This document shows, piece after piece, positions 1-10,990 of a DNA stretch of 64,000 nt. Source of the stretch: Deltaproteobacteria bacterium (lineage in GTDB: Bacteria > Myxococcota_A > Polyangia > Fen-1088); NCBI GenBank assembly GCA_033763315.1, contig JANRKS010000027.1, forward strand, positions 49,134 to 113,133. The letters run 5' to 3'. Each line of letters opens with the position of its first letter. Within the stretch, counting starts at the first letter, position 1. A program made the translations under genes and the position numbers. The notes under the pieces were generated by a model. It did no database searches, had not been told where the DNA came from, and was given only the letters and a program-made list of their open reading frames with translations.

Positions 1-663
1 GCGCGCAGCCCCCGCTTTCGCGTGGAAGCTGAGATGTTGCGAGACATCTCGCTTGCCGTCAGTGGCCATCTTTCGATCAAGCGCGGGGGGCCGAGCGTGT
101 TTCCGCCCCAACCCGACGGTGTTTGGGAGATCCCCTACAACGACAATCCAGACGCGCCCCGCTGGGCAACCGCCGCGGGCCCCGATCGTTTCCGCCGAGG
201 CCTGTACACGTTCTTGAGGCGCTCGGCCACTTACCCCTTGTTGACGACTTTCGATGGCAGCAGCCGTCAAACGTGCACCGTGCGTCGCATCCGCACGAAC
301 ACGCCTCTGCAGGCATTGAACCTGCTTAACGACAAGGCCTTCCTTGAGCTGGCCCGGGGCTTGTCAGAACGCATGGCCGCCGAGGGTGGCCCGAGCCTTA
401 CACAGCGTTTGGCGCATGGGTTTCGACTCGCGACCGGCCACCACGCGCGACCGCGCGAGCTTCGAGAGCTTCTTCGCCTGTACCACGCAGAACGTGCTCG
501 CTTCGTCACGGTGGGAGGCGCCCAGGCGTTGCTGCTTGACACGCAAGCGGGATCGCATGGCCCCACCTCAGCGGCTGCGGTGGGGTCGATTGAAGATCAA
601 GCGGCCCTCCTATTGATCGCCAACGTTTTGCTTAACCTCGACGCCACCTTGAGCAAGGAGTGA
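1..663 (+). CDS. DUF1553 (PSD1/planctomycete cytochrome c family) protein, C-terminal part; starts upstream of window
   Basis: Open from base 1; motifs [45 protein letters not shown] typical of DUF1553. Confidence 0.85.
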   Translation, partial: ARSPRFRVEAEMLRDISLAVSGHLSIKRGGPSVFPPQPDGVWEIPYNDNPDAPRWATAAGPDRFRRGLYTFLRRSATYPLLTTFDGSSRQTCTVRRIRTNTPLQALNLLNDKAFLELARGLSERMAAEGGPSLTQRLAHGFRLATGHHARPRELRELLRLYHAERARFVTVGGAQALLLDTQAGSHGPTSAAAVGSIEDQAALLLIANVLLNLDATLSKE

Positions 664-668
664 AGATC

Positions 669-2093
<1,425 letters not shown>

Positions 2094-2155
2094 GCCCTTG
2101 GTGACTTAAAGGATCGTGATACGTCGCCCGCATTCGATCTCGAAATGGCGCTCCA

Positions 2156-2184
2156 GGGCCCCCGGTCGATGTCGCCGGGGGCCC
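2156..2184. terminator. GC-rich hairpin between convergent genes, probable terminator
   Basis: GGGCCCCCGG ... CCGGGGGCCC perfect 10-bp stem. Confidence 0.55.
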
Positions 2185-2210
2185 CGAGCCCTTTGTGTGG
2201 CAATCCGCGC

Positions 2211-3473
2211 TCAGTCGAATACGCCCTGCGGCGCATCGCTGCTGATGTTGGACGTCACGAGGATGCGTCGCAAACCGGCGCCATCCTCACGGTAGCCGAA
2301 TTCGATCGAGTGGCTGCCTGCCGTCAATGGCAAGAGCACCGGCTGGCCCCCTGTGTCGGAGTTGTTGATGTCGTCCCAGTTGTACGGTTCCCGCGGTTGC
2401 ATGTTGTTCCACTTGAACCACGTTCCGTTGTCGATGCGCACCCACATTGAATCGTCTGCCGCGCTTGGTGCCACCACGATGGCCCAGAACCTATAGGTTG
2501 CGGTCGTTGGCACGGTGAAGTCGTAGCGGGCTCGCCCCGTCGCTGGCGGTGCGTTCAGGCTGTTGTTTCCAGGTTGAACCAGCAGGGTTTCGGTGTTGTC
2601 GTCGAAATATAGCGGTGCTGTGATCACGCCAGAATCCACGTTGATCACTTGGTACACAGGCTCGCCTGCTTGTGCACACGTTTCGTTCGATGTTCCACCT
2701 GCCACACCGTTGCGCAACGAGACCACTCGGTAGCAGTACACCTCGTACGCAGACGCGAAGTCGACGAAGGTGAAATCGGTTGCGGTCCCCAGCACATTGA
2801 ACGCACCGGAGAAGCCGAGGCGTCGCTCGATACGGTATGAAGTGGCGCCACGTGCGTAGGTCCAGAAGATTTGGTTTGCGTCCCACCTGGCATCAATGAA
2901 TCCCAGTGACTTGGGTGCTTCGGCAGGCGAGACCGCCGCCGTGGGAGAGAAGTTGGCGTCGTCGGTAAACACCATCAGGTCGAGTTTCGTGTTGCTTTCG
3001 CGCGACGAAACCTCGAATACGTGGGTGCCTTGGCTCAACGCGAACTGGACTGCTGGCTTGGCCCCATTGATGTTGTCGTGCACGAAGTCCCAGTGCCAAT
3101 CAGCGCCCAGCGCGATGTCCATCCACCGCACCCACGCACCACCGTCCATACGAACCCACAGCGAGTTGGAAGCGTTGTCAGGTGCCTTCACACGGCCAAA
3201 CACTCGGTAGTTGCCTGCTGTGTTCACATTGAACTCGTATGCCGCTGCAAATGGCAAAGGAGCCGCAAAGGCATTGGACTGCGCCACAATAAAGCTGTTG
3301 CCGGAAGCAGTTGCTTCGTCCAGCAGCTGAAATGTGCCGTATTCGCCCCCTGGGTTGTAAACCGGGCTTTCAACCTCTTTCCAAACAGTGTCGGCAAATG
3401 CTGGCGCTGCCGTGAAGAGCAGCGCAAGTGCGGCGCCATACTTTAGGACTTGTTTGTTTGAATGCTTTAACAC
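2211..3473 (-). CDS. Secreted protein: two CBM-like beta-sandwich repeats flanking an FN3-like domain
   Basis: Signal peptide ending APAFA; internal repeat (Y.F.V...YR...V.AP....S.WVR.D.G.W..W); central FN3-like segment; GGGAG before GTG 3473. Confidence 0.7.
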   Translation of the reverse strand: MLKHSNKQVLKYGAALALLFTAAPAFADTVWKEVESPVYNPGGEYGTFQLLDEATASGNSFIVAQSNAFAAPLPFAAAYEFNVNTAGNYRVFGRVKAPDNASNSLWVRMDGGAWVRWMDIALGADWHWDFVHDNINGAKPAVQFALSQGTHVFEVSSRESNTKLDLMVFTDDANFSPTAAVSPAEAPKSLGFIDARWDANQIFWTYARGATSYRIERRLGFSGAFNVLGTATDFTFVDFASAYEVYCYRVVSLRNGVAGGTSNETCAQAGEPVYQVINVDSGVITAPLYFDDNTETLLVQPGNNSLNAPPATGRARYDFTVPTTATYRFWAIVVAPSAADDSMWVRIDNGTWFKWNNMQPREPYNWDDINNSDTGGQPVLLPLTAGSHSIEFGYREDGAGLRRILVTSNISSDAPQGVFD

Positions 3474-3689
3474 GTTCTTGTTCTCCCTGGTTGGTAGTGG
3501 ATTGAGCACGCCACCGAAGGATCGAAATCGCATCCCTTGCGGCGGCCTTGATCACCGCCACCGTAATAGGGGTGTGAAGTGGTGAACGATAGTTGAGCAA
3601 CCTCAAGAATCTGGCCCAAAACAGAAGTGTTTCTGTGCGCGTTCCATTTGTGAACGACGCATGAGTTGCAGCGACCTTTCCTATGAAAC

Positions 3690-3714
3690 TTTGTCTGAAA
3701 ATTTTTGCGACAAA
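3690..3714. promoter_or_regulatory. AT-rich dyad operator candidate
   Basis: TTTGTC-TG-AAAA-T-TTTT-GC-GACAAA in divergent intergenic region. Confidence 0.4.
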
Positions 3715-3941
3715 ACCTTTCGGCATCGTCATTAAAAATCGTCGTGGGAGCGAAGAGCTAAACGTTTCCATGTCGGTTGCGGCGCGTGGAATTGGCGGGC
3801 GACCAGTCTGTCTGTACCGCCCTCGCCCCACGAGTGGTTTGGTCCCTTGCCTATTGACGGACCTCAACACAATCAGCGGGTCGTGATGGAATAGGCTTGT
3901 GGATGCGGTGCCTTTGCGCTGCGTTACACCAAGGGAGTACG

Positions 3942-5111
3942 ATGAGTGTCACACGCGTTTACAAAGCGGCTTTGGGATTGACGCTGGTCTTCGCCTGGGT
4001 CGGCTGTGCAGGTTCAACGAGCAACGACGACGAGGTTGAAAACTCTGGTGGCGCTGCGGGCGACGACAACCCGGGGGGCGGTGGTGCAAAGGGTGGCGTC
4101 GGGGGTGAAAAAGCTCCCAGCCCTTCACCCCAAGGTGGCAAGGGAGGCACGGCACAGCCCGGCACTGGTGGCGCCGCTGAACCAGCCGGCGGCAATGGTG
4201 GCGGGGGCGCCGCGGGCGGCATAGGAGGGGTCGTGGGCAGCGGGGGCAGCCCATCCGGCAATGCTGGCCAGGGCGGATCGCCCACCGGCAGCGGTGGCAC
4301 AGCAAGCCCAGGCGATGAACCGGGCCCAGCCCTGTCCTCCGAGCAGCAAGACGCCGCTATTGCATTTTGGAAGAGCAAACTCGATCGAGTCGCTGGCCGT
4401 CGCGAGAACGGTCAAATCGTTGAGCTGGCTTTGTGGGAGCCCATCGGCGCTGACGCACCGGCATCGCGCATGACCGACGAAGTCTTGGCGAAGCTGCTTG
4501 GTTTCAACAAACTTCGTCGCCTCGAGATCCACCACCCAAACATGACGAAGGAGGGCGCGCAGGTCATCCGGCGGCTTCCTAGCATTGAATTCCTCGGCTT
4601 CCAGTACACGGCCAACACCAACGAGACGCTCGATCCCGACTTCATGTTGGTTGCCACCGCCCACCGCGAACGGCTCAAGGTGTTGAGCTTGAAGCATCTG
4701 TTCTCTCAGAAGGGTACGTCCGTTCACAAGCTGGGGGTCTTTCCAAAGCTTGAGTATGCCGTGCTCGACAACATGACGGCTCAGTCCGAGGGCGTGCAGT
4801 TCCTCAAGCAAAACCCAACCATCGTGGGCCTCGAAATGCACCGAACCAGCATTTCGGGCGCCGAGCTTAAGGAGATCGCAAGCGCCCTACCGAAGCTTAA
4901 ATGCTTTCACCTGAAGAAAGCGGGTGGCAGCCTGTCGAGCGCAGACATCGCAAATGCATTCCGCAATCATCCCTCGCTTGAGGTCTTCTGGCCGCACGGG
5001 ATCAGCGCAAGTCTGCCGAACGTTCAGGTTGTCAGCAACGACAACAACGGTGTGTTCAGCAAGCCGTGCGGAAACCTGCGCCCGGTGGACAAGCCCGACA
5101 ACACTTTCTGA
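3942..5111 (+). CDS. Lipoprotein with Gly-rich linker and leucine-rich-repeat-like C-terminal domain
   Basis: Lipobox AWVG-C, Gly/Pro tether, repeats LRRLEI/LKVLSL/LEYAVL/LKCFHL; AAGGGAG before ATG 3942. Confidence 0.7.
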   Translation: MSVTRVYKAALGLTLVFAWVGCAGSTSNDDEVENSGGAAGDDNPGGGGAKGGVGGEKAPSPSPQGGKGGTAQPGTGGAAEPAGGNGGGGAAGGIGGVVGSGGSPSGNAGQGGSPTGSGGTASPGDEPGPALSSEQQDAAIAFWKSKLDRVAGRRENGQIVELALWEPIGADAPASRMTDEVLAKLLGFNKLRRLEIHHPNMTKEGAQVIRRLPSIEFLGFQYTANTNETLDPDFMLVATAHRERLKVLSLKHLFSQKGTSVHKLGVFPKLEYAVLDNMTAQSEGVQFLKQNPTIVGLEMHRTSISGAELKEIASALPKLKCFHLKKAGGSLSSADIANAFRNHPSLEVFWPHGISASLPNVQVVSNDNNGVFSKPCGNLRPVDKPDNTF

Positions 5112-5253
5112 TGTGTGAGTGACGTCAGAAGCGTCTGGCTTGGTACACTCGGCCATTGGGTCCCACAACCGCCCATCGGGCGCGACAGAATGCCTGGAAT
5201 TATCGGCAGGCGTTGATATGCGACCTGCGGCTCCCGTTGTGGATAGAAGGGGC

Positions 5254-6435
5254 CTAGGGCACGCAAGCACCAAACACGGCGTGATCTGGATTCGTAAGCT
5301 TTTGGCAGCTGCGGCCGGCTTGGCACGTGGTGGGCTGGTCGAGGCGGCAAATCGGTCGACACACGGGCACGCCAGTGTTTACGCAGATGAGACCGGGCCC
5401 GCAATCGCCCGTGGTTGTGCAAGCCCCACCGTCAACCCCCACGCGTTGAGGGGTCACACATTCGCAGTCAGTGACTTCGCCGGGCAGCACAAAGCAACGC
5501 AAGCCAGTGACACAGCCCTGTTGTGCAGCGCCCCGCGGATCGCACGGCTGCGAACACAGGCGAGCGCCCGCGGCAGGTTCGTTGGGGCATGACACAAAGT
5601 TTGAGCAAGTTCCTGCCATCGGGCATTGCGCGTCTTGCGTGCAGTAGCGTCTACACACGCTGATGCCACACCCACGGTTGTAACACTGCGAACCAGGCGC
5701 GCACTCTGCGTTGCCGGTGCACACTTCGCCCGGTTGCTTTTGGCCTGCGGGAACGCACATCGTTGCAGCGTTGCCTGATGCCAAACACGACAGCACACAC
5801 GCTTGCCCTGTTGTGCATCCCACCGCCGTTGCCGGTGTGCAGATGGTGGTAGGTGTGCCAGCGTCAAGCGCCCCCGCGTCTGCAGTGGGCACCGCAATCC
5901 CTTCGTCACCGGGCTCTTCAAGTGCAAGGCCCCACAGTCCGGATCCGCTGCTATCGCCTTCCCACTGTTCATAACCCTCCACGTTGGCGCTTGCCGCTTG
6001 AACAAGACGCGCGCGGCCCCGCACCAAAAATTTGTTTTCCCCATCGGGCACAACCACCACGCGATACACGCGGCCCACGGGTGGCGGTGGCACAAACTGC
6101 CGTGTGCGTACGGGCACGGCGAACGCCGTGTTCTGGGGTTCGATCAAAACTGCCGTATCGGTCAGGGGCGCACGCCCTCGCCGCGCCACGCCTGTGGCCA
6201 AGCCGACGCGCAACGGTCGAGGCGTCGCCAAAGCGTCTGCCGGTATGAACAACTCCACGCGCTGGCGCCCCTTGCCCAAGGTCACCATCGCATCAGTGCC
6301 GCCCGCTTGCACAGACTGCTGCTCTGCCAGCACGTTGAACAATTTGTCGGTGTCGCCAAAACAAGCGACCACCAGCGCCGCAGATACCGTCGCACCCAGC
6401 ACAACAAATTTCGCCGACCGCATGTAAGCCAACAT
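5254..6435 (-). CDS. Cys-rich repeat lipoprotein (myxobacterial type)
   Basis: Lipobox LVVA-C; ZU5-like IPADAL segment; C-terminal C...C..G..C repeats; start uncertain (6423-6453). Confidence 0.7.
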   Translation of the reverse strand: MLAYMRSAKFVVLGATVSAALVVACFGDTDKLFNVLAEQQSVQAGGTDAMVTLGKGRQRVELFIPADALATPRPLRVGLATGVARRGRAPLTDTAVLIEPQNTAFAVPVRTRQFVPPPPVGRVYRVVVVPDGENKFLVRGRARLVQAASANVEGYEQWEGDSSGSGLWGLALEEPGDEGIAVPTADAGALDAGTPTTICTPATAVGCTTGQACVLSCLASGNAATMCVPAGQKQPGEVCTGNAECAPGSQCYNRGCGISVCRRYCTQDAQCPMAGTCSNFVSCPNEPAAGARLCSQPCDPRGAAQQGCVTGLRCFVLPGEVTDCECVTPQRVGVDGGACTTTGDCGPGLICVNTGVPVCRPICRLDQPTTCQAGRSCQKLTNPDHAVFGACVP

Positions 6436-6495
6436 CGGCAGAAAGGCGGTCAAGCCTTAACAACGTCCCTGGCACCTCACGGCAAAGATGGCCCC

Positions 6496-7545
6496 TTAGT
6501 CACCAAAGCCACCGCCTGAGTCACCTCCGTCCCACCCGCCTCCGTCAGAGGACTCGAAGCCACCGCCCCCGTCGCCATCATACGCGGCGTCCCACACGCT
6601 GCCCCCCTCATCAACAGAGCTCATGTCATCACTATAATCATGCGCCGCCGTTTGTTCGGCGTAGGCGATGTTGTCGTCAGACGCCAACGAAGGTTCGGCC
6701 TGAACATCAGCCAAAGACGCAATGGGTGCACCGCCCGAACTGTAGAGCATCATCGGCGACGGCATCATCATGTGCATCATCGTTGAGAACATCATCATGT
6801 CCAACATCATGCCCATGGGGGATGGGTAGTAAGTGACGAATGGATCGTAGCCAGGTGCCATCGGTTGTGCTGGTCCCTGCTCAGGGCGCGCCAGGTCTTT
6901 GCTGCGCGGCTTCACCAAGCGTGATTCGGTCTTCTCAAGCACCACTTGGGCCTCAGGCAAAGCCGCCGCAAGCGCTGCCTGCAGTCTTTGCACAAACGAC
7001 TCGAACGCCAAGCGCGACGCTTCGAGCATGCCCGCCTGCTTCACCAAAGGTTCAACGCGCGCCTGGTATGCATCTGCCGTCTCGCCAGGAAAGGGCTCAA
7101 GGGTACGAATGCGTCCCCCCACCGAAACAATGGCCGCGGGCTCATCACGCAAGTGCTTCGTGCGGGCCCGCGTTTCGATAACCATGTGAACGCCCGCTTC
7201 CTCGTGTTCTGCTGCAAAACGCAGCTCTTTGAATCCGCGGCCAAACACAGACGCGTGTTCCGAAAGCGCTAAAATAAGATCGCCCAAATCGTCGGGGCGG
7301 CCTTGCGTGTCCGAGAAGATCGTCGTGTCATCAATGACGAGTGACAACGCGTTCGTCACGCCCAGTTTCGCCAACGAGCGTCGCGTGCTGTCGACCACAG
7401 CCGTCGCCTCAAGCTCATTCTCCACTTCGCCGGTCTCAAGATTGACCTTCGCACCCAAGCCCCCCTTCAAACGTTCCCACATCGTAGGATCCCGCCGAAC
7501 CATGTTGCCCCTCACCGTGATGTGAATCTGCCCGACAAGCCGCAT
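6496..7545 (-). CDS. Hypothetical protein with Met-rich segment and acidic Gly-rich tail
   Basis: 349-aa ORF filling the gap in a minus-strand gene run; no family recognised. Confidence 0.7.
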   Translation of the reverse strand: MRLVGQIHITVRGNMVRRDPTMWERLKGGLGAKVNLETGEVENELEATAVVDSTRRSLAKLGVTNALSLVIDDTTIFSDTQGRPDDLGDLILALSEHASVFGRGFKELRFAAEHEEAGVHMVIETRARTKHLRDEPAAIVSVGGRIRTLEPFPGETADAYQARVEPLVKQAGMLEASRLAFESFVQRLQAALAAALPEAQVVLEKTESRLVKPRSKDLARPEQGPAQPMAPGYDPFVTYYPSPMGMMLDMMMFSTMMHMMMPSPMMLYSSGGAPIASLADVQAEPSLASDDNIAYAEQTAAHDYSDDMSSVDEGGSVWDAAYDGDGGGGFESSDGGGWDGGDSGGGFGD

Positions 7546-7684
7546 GCTGTGCTTCTACTACCCTCGGGGCCCAGATGCCATTGGGGAACCCATCAACGGC
7601 AACACGGACGTCGCGTTCTGCACGCCCACTTTGCGGTAAGTGCTTCCGGTCAATCCCTATTCCGCCGCGCCAAGTGCCTTGCGA

Positions 7685-9115
7685 TCACGCCCGCAGCACG
7701 TCTTTGATCGTGCCCTCGCCTTTTCCAAATTTCGTCACGTCCGTAAGGTCCGCGGCCTGGGCCAGCGTGGCGTAGGCCGCCCCCATGTGCTGCGACCCCT
7801 TGAGCACGAAGTCTTTGTCGCCCTCGTCAGGCACCTCGCGCGTGAAGAAGTCGGGCCAATACGGCGCCTTCACCCGCGTGTTCTTGCCAGCCAACATAAA
7901 CAACAGTTGCGCGTCGAAACCGTTGTGGTGCCGCAAGCCGCTGTTGGTGAGCCAGATCATCACAGTGTTTTCGCCCATCGTGCCCGACCCCTCGGCGAAC
8001 TCATCCATACGCTTGCGCATCCACGCGATCTCACCCGCTACGTATTTGTGGATCTTCGCACACTCAGTCACAGCCGCGTCGGTGCGCGAATGAAAAAGGC
8101 CATTGTGCATCTCTCCATAGTTATTGAAGTCGGGACCCGCCAAGTTCTTCCACGGATCTTCGCTGAAATACGCAAACCCGTTTAGCGTCAAATGCGAGAC
8201 GTGGGTTAGCTCATAACCCTGCACAAGCACCGAAAGATCTGCCAAGGCCCGCACCACATCACGATTCATCGTCGTGTCATCCAACGTTGGCGCCGGTGGC
8301 TTCTCGCCTAAGCGCGAAGGCGTCTTCGTGAGGCCCGTGGCTTTGCGTTCGAATTCACGCAGCGATTCGATCGCTTGATCCAATTTCGCCCTATCGGCCC
8401 CCGCGGCCAGCTTCATGCGCGCCCGGTTGAGATCGTCCACCATGCCGTCAAACAGGGATTTCTTGTCCACCAACGTTTTCTCAACGGCCGGCGTGGAGAC
8501 GTTCATGACCGAGCCAAAGTAGGCGGCATACGCTTTGACGGGGCTTGTGTAGCAAGGCGCCAATTTTGCTGCATCATCATAGCTTGGGCACGCGGCGCTT
8601 TTGTACGTGCTGCAGAACGGTCCCATGTTTGTGGACTGGTGAACGTCGCCATAACGCTGCTGTAGGCGCTTGCCAAGGAACCTATCGATCGAAATGCCGC
8701 CCGCCGCGGGTTCGTCGAACGTTTGCCGAAAGTTCGCGGTCAAAAGCATGGAGTCCATGCCGTGGTTTGGAAAGAACGTCAGCGAATCGTTGTATCCGTA
8801 AAGGCCAAACCACAGGGCCACGTCGTTCTTGTAGGGCGCAAAGCTTTGGGCCCACGCGGGCAGATCGAAATCTGTGGGCGAGGCATAACGTGCAGAGAAA
8901 AGTTTGCTCTTCTTGCCGGTGTTCGTGGCAGCCGTAGAGCCAAGCAAATCCGCTGAGTGCGACCATGCGTTTCCCTGCGTGAGAAACAAAAAGCGGCGGC
9001 TCGGGCCCGAAGCCGCGCGCGCGTCCGAGATGATGCGACCCATGAGGCCGCCCAGCAGCGGCGACGCCGCACCCAACCCCAAACCTTTGATAAGCGCTCG
9101 ACGTTTGAACAGCAT
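7685..9115 (-). CDS. DUF1552 family protein (Tat leader)
   Basis: KRRALIKGLG leader, GISID, KKSLFD, ENT...W..NSG..H, FMLAG; follows DUF1592 gene as is usual. Confidence 0.8.
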   Translation of the reverse strand: MLFKRRALIKGLGLGAASPLLGGLMGRIISDARAASGPSRRFLFLTQGNAWSHSADLLGSTAATNTGKKSKLFSARYASPTDFDLPAWAQSFAPYKNDVALWFGLYGYNDSLTFFPNHGMDSMLLTANFRQTFDEPAAGGISIDRFLGKRLQQRYGDVHQSTNMGPFCSTYKSAACPSYDDAAKLAPCYTSPVKAYAAYFGSVMNVSTPAVEKTLVDKKSLFDGMVDDLNRARMKLAAGADRAKLDQAIESLREFERKATGLTKTPSRLGEKPPAPTLDDTTMNRDVVRALADLSVLVQGYELTHVSHLTLNGFAYFSEDPWKNLAGPDFNNYGEMHNGLFHSRTDAAVTECAKIHKYVAGEIAWMRKRMDEFAEGSGTMGENTVMIWLTNSGLRHHNGFDAQLLFMLAGKNTRVKAPYWPDFFTREVPDEGDKDFVLKGSQHMGAAYATLAQAADLTDVTKFGKGEGTIKDVLRA

Positions 9116-9151
9116 GCGAAGGTCGTCCTTTCTATATGAGGCGGGGGAAAG

Positions 9152-10798
9152 CTATTGATCGCGGGGCGCCGCGCGGAAGCGGAACGCCTCGCTGGCCACG
9201 GTCTCGGCAAACAAGCCAAGCACATCGCCGTCGACAGCGGCGCGCGTCGCCGCAAGAGCGGCTACGTGGCATTCATCGGTCTCGCTTTGCTTGCGGCCTT
9301 GCAGGTACTCAAACACTTGACCCGCAAAGCAGGATCGTACGGCTTGTGACTCCGCCAGCTTCAAACCAAGCGCACGCGCGTTTGCCACCTCACCCGAAAG
9401 CGTGGGCAGATCAACTGTGGCCGATGTGGCAAACGGCTTCGACGTTTCGGGATCTTTGTCGCGCCACACGCCCAAGCGATCGTAAGCCGCGAAGGGTTGG
9501 CCCAGCGGATCCAGTATCTTGTGGCAAAAGGCACAATCGGGGCGGTTCACGTGCTGGGCCCGCGCCTCTTCCGTGGTGACGGAGCGGCCCACCATGGCCT
9601 CCAATGCCTTCTTCGTGGCATCCAGATCGGCAGAGACGTTGTTGGGTGGATCGGGCACCGGCGTGCACAGCAAGCGCTCACTTACAAAGCGACCGCGCGC
9701 ACTTTGGTTCGTGTGCCGGCCCATCACCAAACCCAAACTCAAAAGGCCCGCCGTGTCGGCATCGGCCTTCGGCGTGTACTTCATCCACATGCCCTCGGGC
9801 ACGCTCACATTTGCGTTTGTCAACTTCGCAAGGGGCGCGTTCAAGAACGTGTAGTTGGCCGAAAGCAAAGTGGAAAGTTTTCCGCCGTCTTGCCACAACA
9901 CTTGGTCTAGGAAGCGTCTGGCCTGCTCGGCATAATCGGCGTTGGCGGCGGGTTTGCCTTGGTCTACGAAGTCCTCGAAGAAGGCCTGCACACCCTGTGC
10001 GAGCGTTGCGCTTTTGAGAATGCGTTGTGCGGCCTTACGAACGTCCTCTGCAGACGCCAATTTGTTGTTGGCCGCGGCCTGCAGAAGCTCCGCGTCCGGC
10101 GGCCCATCGGTGAGCCCGTAAGAGAGTGCGGATGCAATTTCATATGAGGACAGCGCAAACGTAGCGCCACGTTTTTGGCCAATCTCAAGACGAAACAAGA
10201 CGTCGGGTGCCATCAAAAGTCGTTGCACAACGAACGTCAGCGCTTGCTGCGGGTTGGCTGCCTTGCTTACTGAATCGAAGAAGCCAAGGTAGATGTCACG
10301 CTCTTCCTTTGTGAAAGGCCGGCGCCAGGCGCGCAGGCCAAACCCGTCCAGCATCTCGCCCACGCAGCTTCTATTGATGCCTTTGCTCATGCAGGCGGCC
10401 AGGCGCTCGGGGTTCGCGATCGCCGCCGCCGCCGCGGCTTCTACGGCTCCCATCAGCGATTCAGTGACGCCTAAGTTGTTCGAGAGCACCTGCTCACCAT
10501 TCGAGAACGGCTGGGTGCGCGGCAGGTTCGTCTGCAGGTCTTGAATCAACTTCTTGTCGGGGGCCGCTGGCCCCAGCAGCGCCGCAAATGTGTTCTGTAG
10601 CTGCACCGGCGTCAGACGGTATATGCGCTGTGGAAGCACAGCACACGCCTGGCCATTGGCACCACCTGCCGAAGGCTGCTCGGGCACGCCGCCATTCGCC
10701 GTGTCACCAGCGATGGTGCCCGAACAGCCGGCAAGGCTGACAACAAGTGACAACATGCCCGCGGGGCCAACTACCAAACTGCCCATAGAAAGCCGCAT
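9152..10798 (-). CDS. DUF1587/1595/1592/1588/1585 lipoprotein with CxxCH
   Basis: Lipobox SLAG-C, RLTPVQLQNT, RAWRRP, YEIASALSY.L..GPPD, RG.FV.ERLLC, CAFCH; start ATG 10798 (or 10804). Confidence 0.85.
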   Translation of the reverse strand: MRLSMGSLVVGPAGMLSLVVSLAGCSGTIAGDTANGGVPEQPSAGGANGQACAVLPQRIYRLTPVQLQNTFAALLGPAAPDKKLIQDLQTNLPRTQPFSNGEQVLSNNLGVTESLMGAVEAAAAAAIANPERLAACMSKGINRSCVGEMLDGFGLRAWRRPFTKEERDIYLGFFDSVSKAANPQQALTFVVQRLLMAPDVLFRLEIGQKRGATFALSSYEIASALSYGLTDGPPDAELLQAAANNKLASAEDVRKAAQRILKSATLAQGVQAFFEDFVDQGKPAANADYAEQARRFLDQVLWQDGGKLSTLLSANYTFLNAPLAKLTNANVSVPEGMWMKYTPKADADTAGLLSLGLVMGRHTNQSARGRFVSERLLCTPVPDPPNNVSADLDATKKALEAMVGRSVTTEEARAQHVNRPDCAFCHKILDPLGQPFAAYDRLGVWRDKDPETSKPFATSATVDLPTLSGEVANARALGLKLAESQAVRSCFAGQVFEYLQGRKQSETDECHVAALAATRAAVDGDVLGLFAETVASEAFRFRAAPRDQ

Positions 10799-10810
10799 GG
10801 CCATACCCTC

Positions 10811-10826
10811 AGCAAGGATGGTGCCG
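10811..10826 (-). promoter_or_regulatory. sigma54 -24/-12 promoter for DUF1592-DUF1552 operon
   Basis: Minus strand CGGCAC-CATCC-TTGCT matches YGGCAC-N5-TTGCW. Confidence 0.7.
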
Positions 10827-10878
10827 CATAACCAATGCATCCACGCTCAAGCCAGACGCACCTTTACGTCGATGCTAG

Positions 10879-10896
10879 CTGTGCAGATGTGCACAG
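10879..10896. promoter_or_regulatory. Palindromic enhancer (UAS) candidate
   Basis: CTGTGCA-GATG-TGCACAG; same core recurs at 15842-15859. Confidence 0.65.
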
Positions 10897-10990
10897 GTGC
10901 AACATTCGCGCACACCGCACAAAGCATTCGGCCACGAATCTCCTTACGTGCCCGATCCCAAAACACAATGAATGTCCTATGATCTCTGTT

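Noticed and set aside
5106-5130. CTGATG hairpin as hammerhead ribozyme
   Set aside because: Lacks the CUGAUGA...GAAA core; simple hairpin over the stop codon.
6470-6485. TGGCAC-CTCAC-GGCA as a third sigma54 promoter
   Set aside because: No TTGC, and it points antisense into a gene end.
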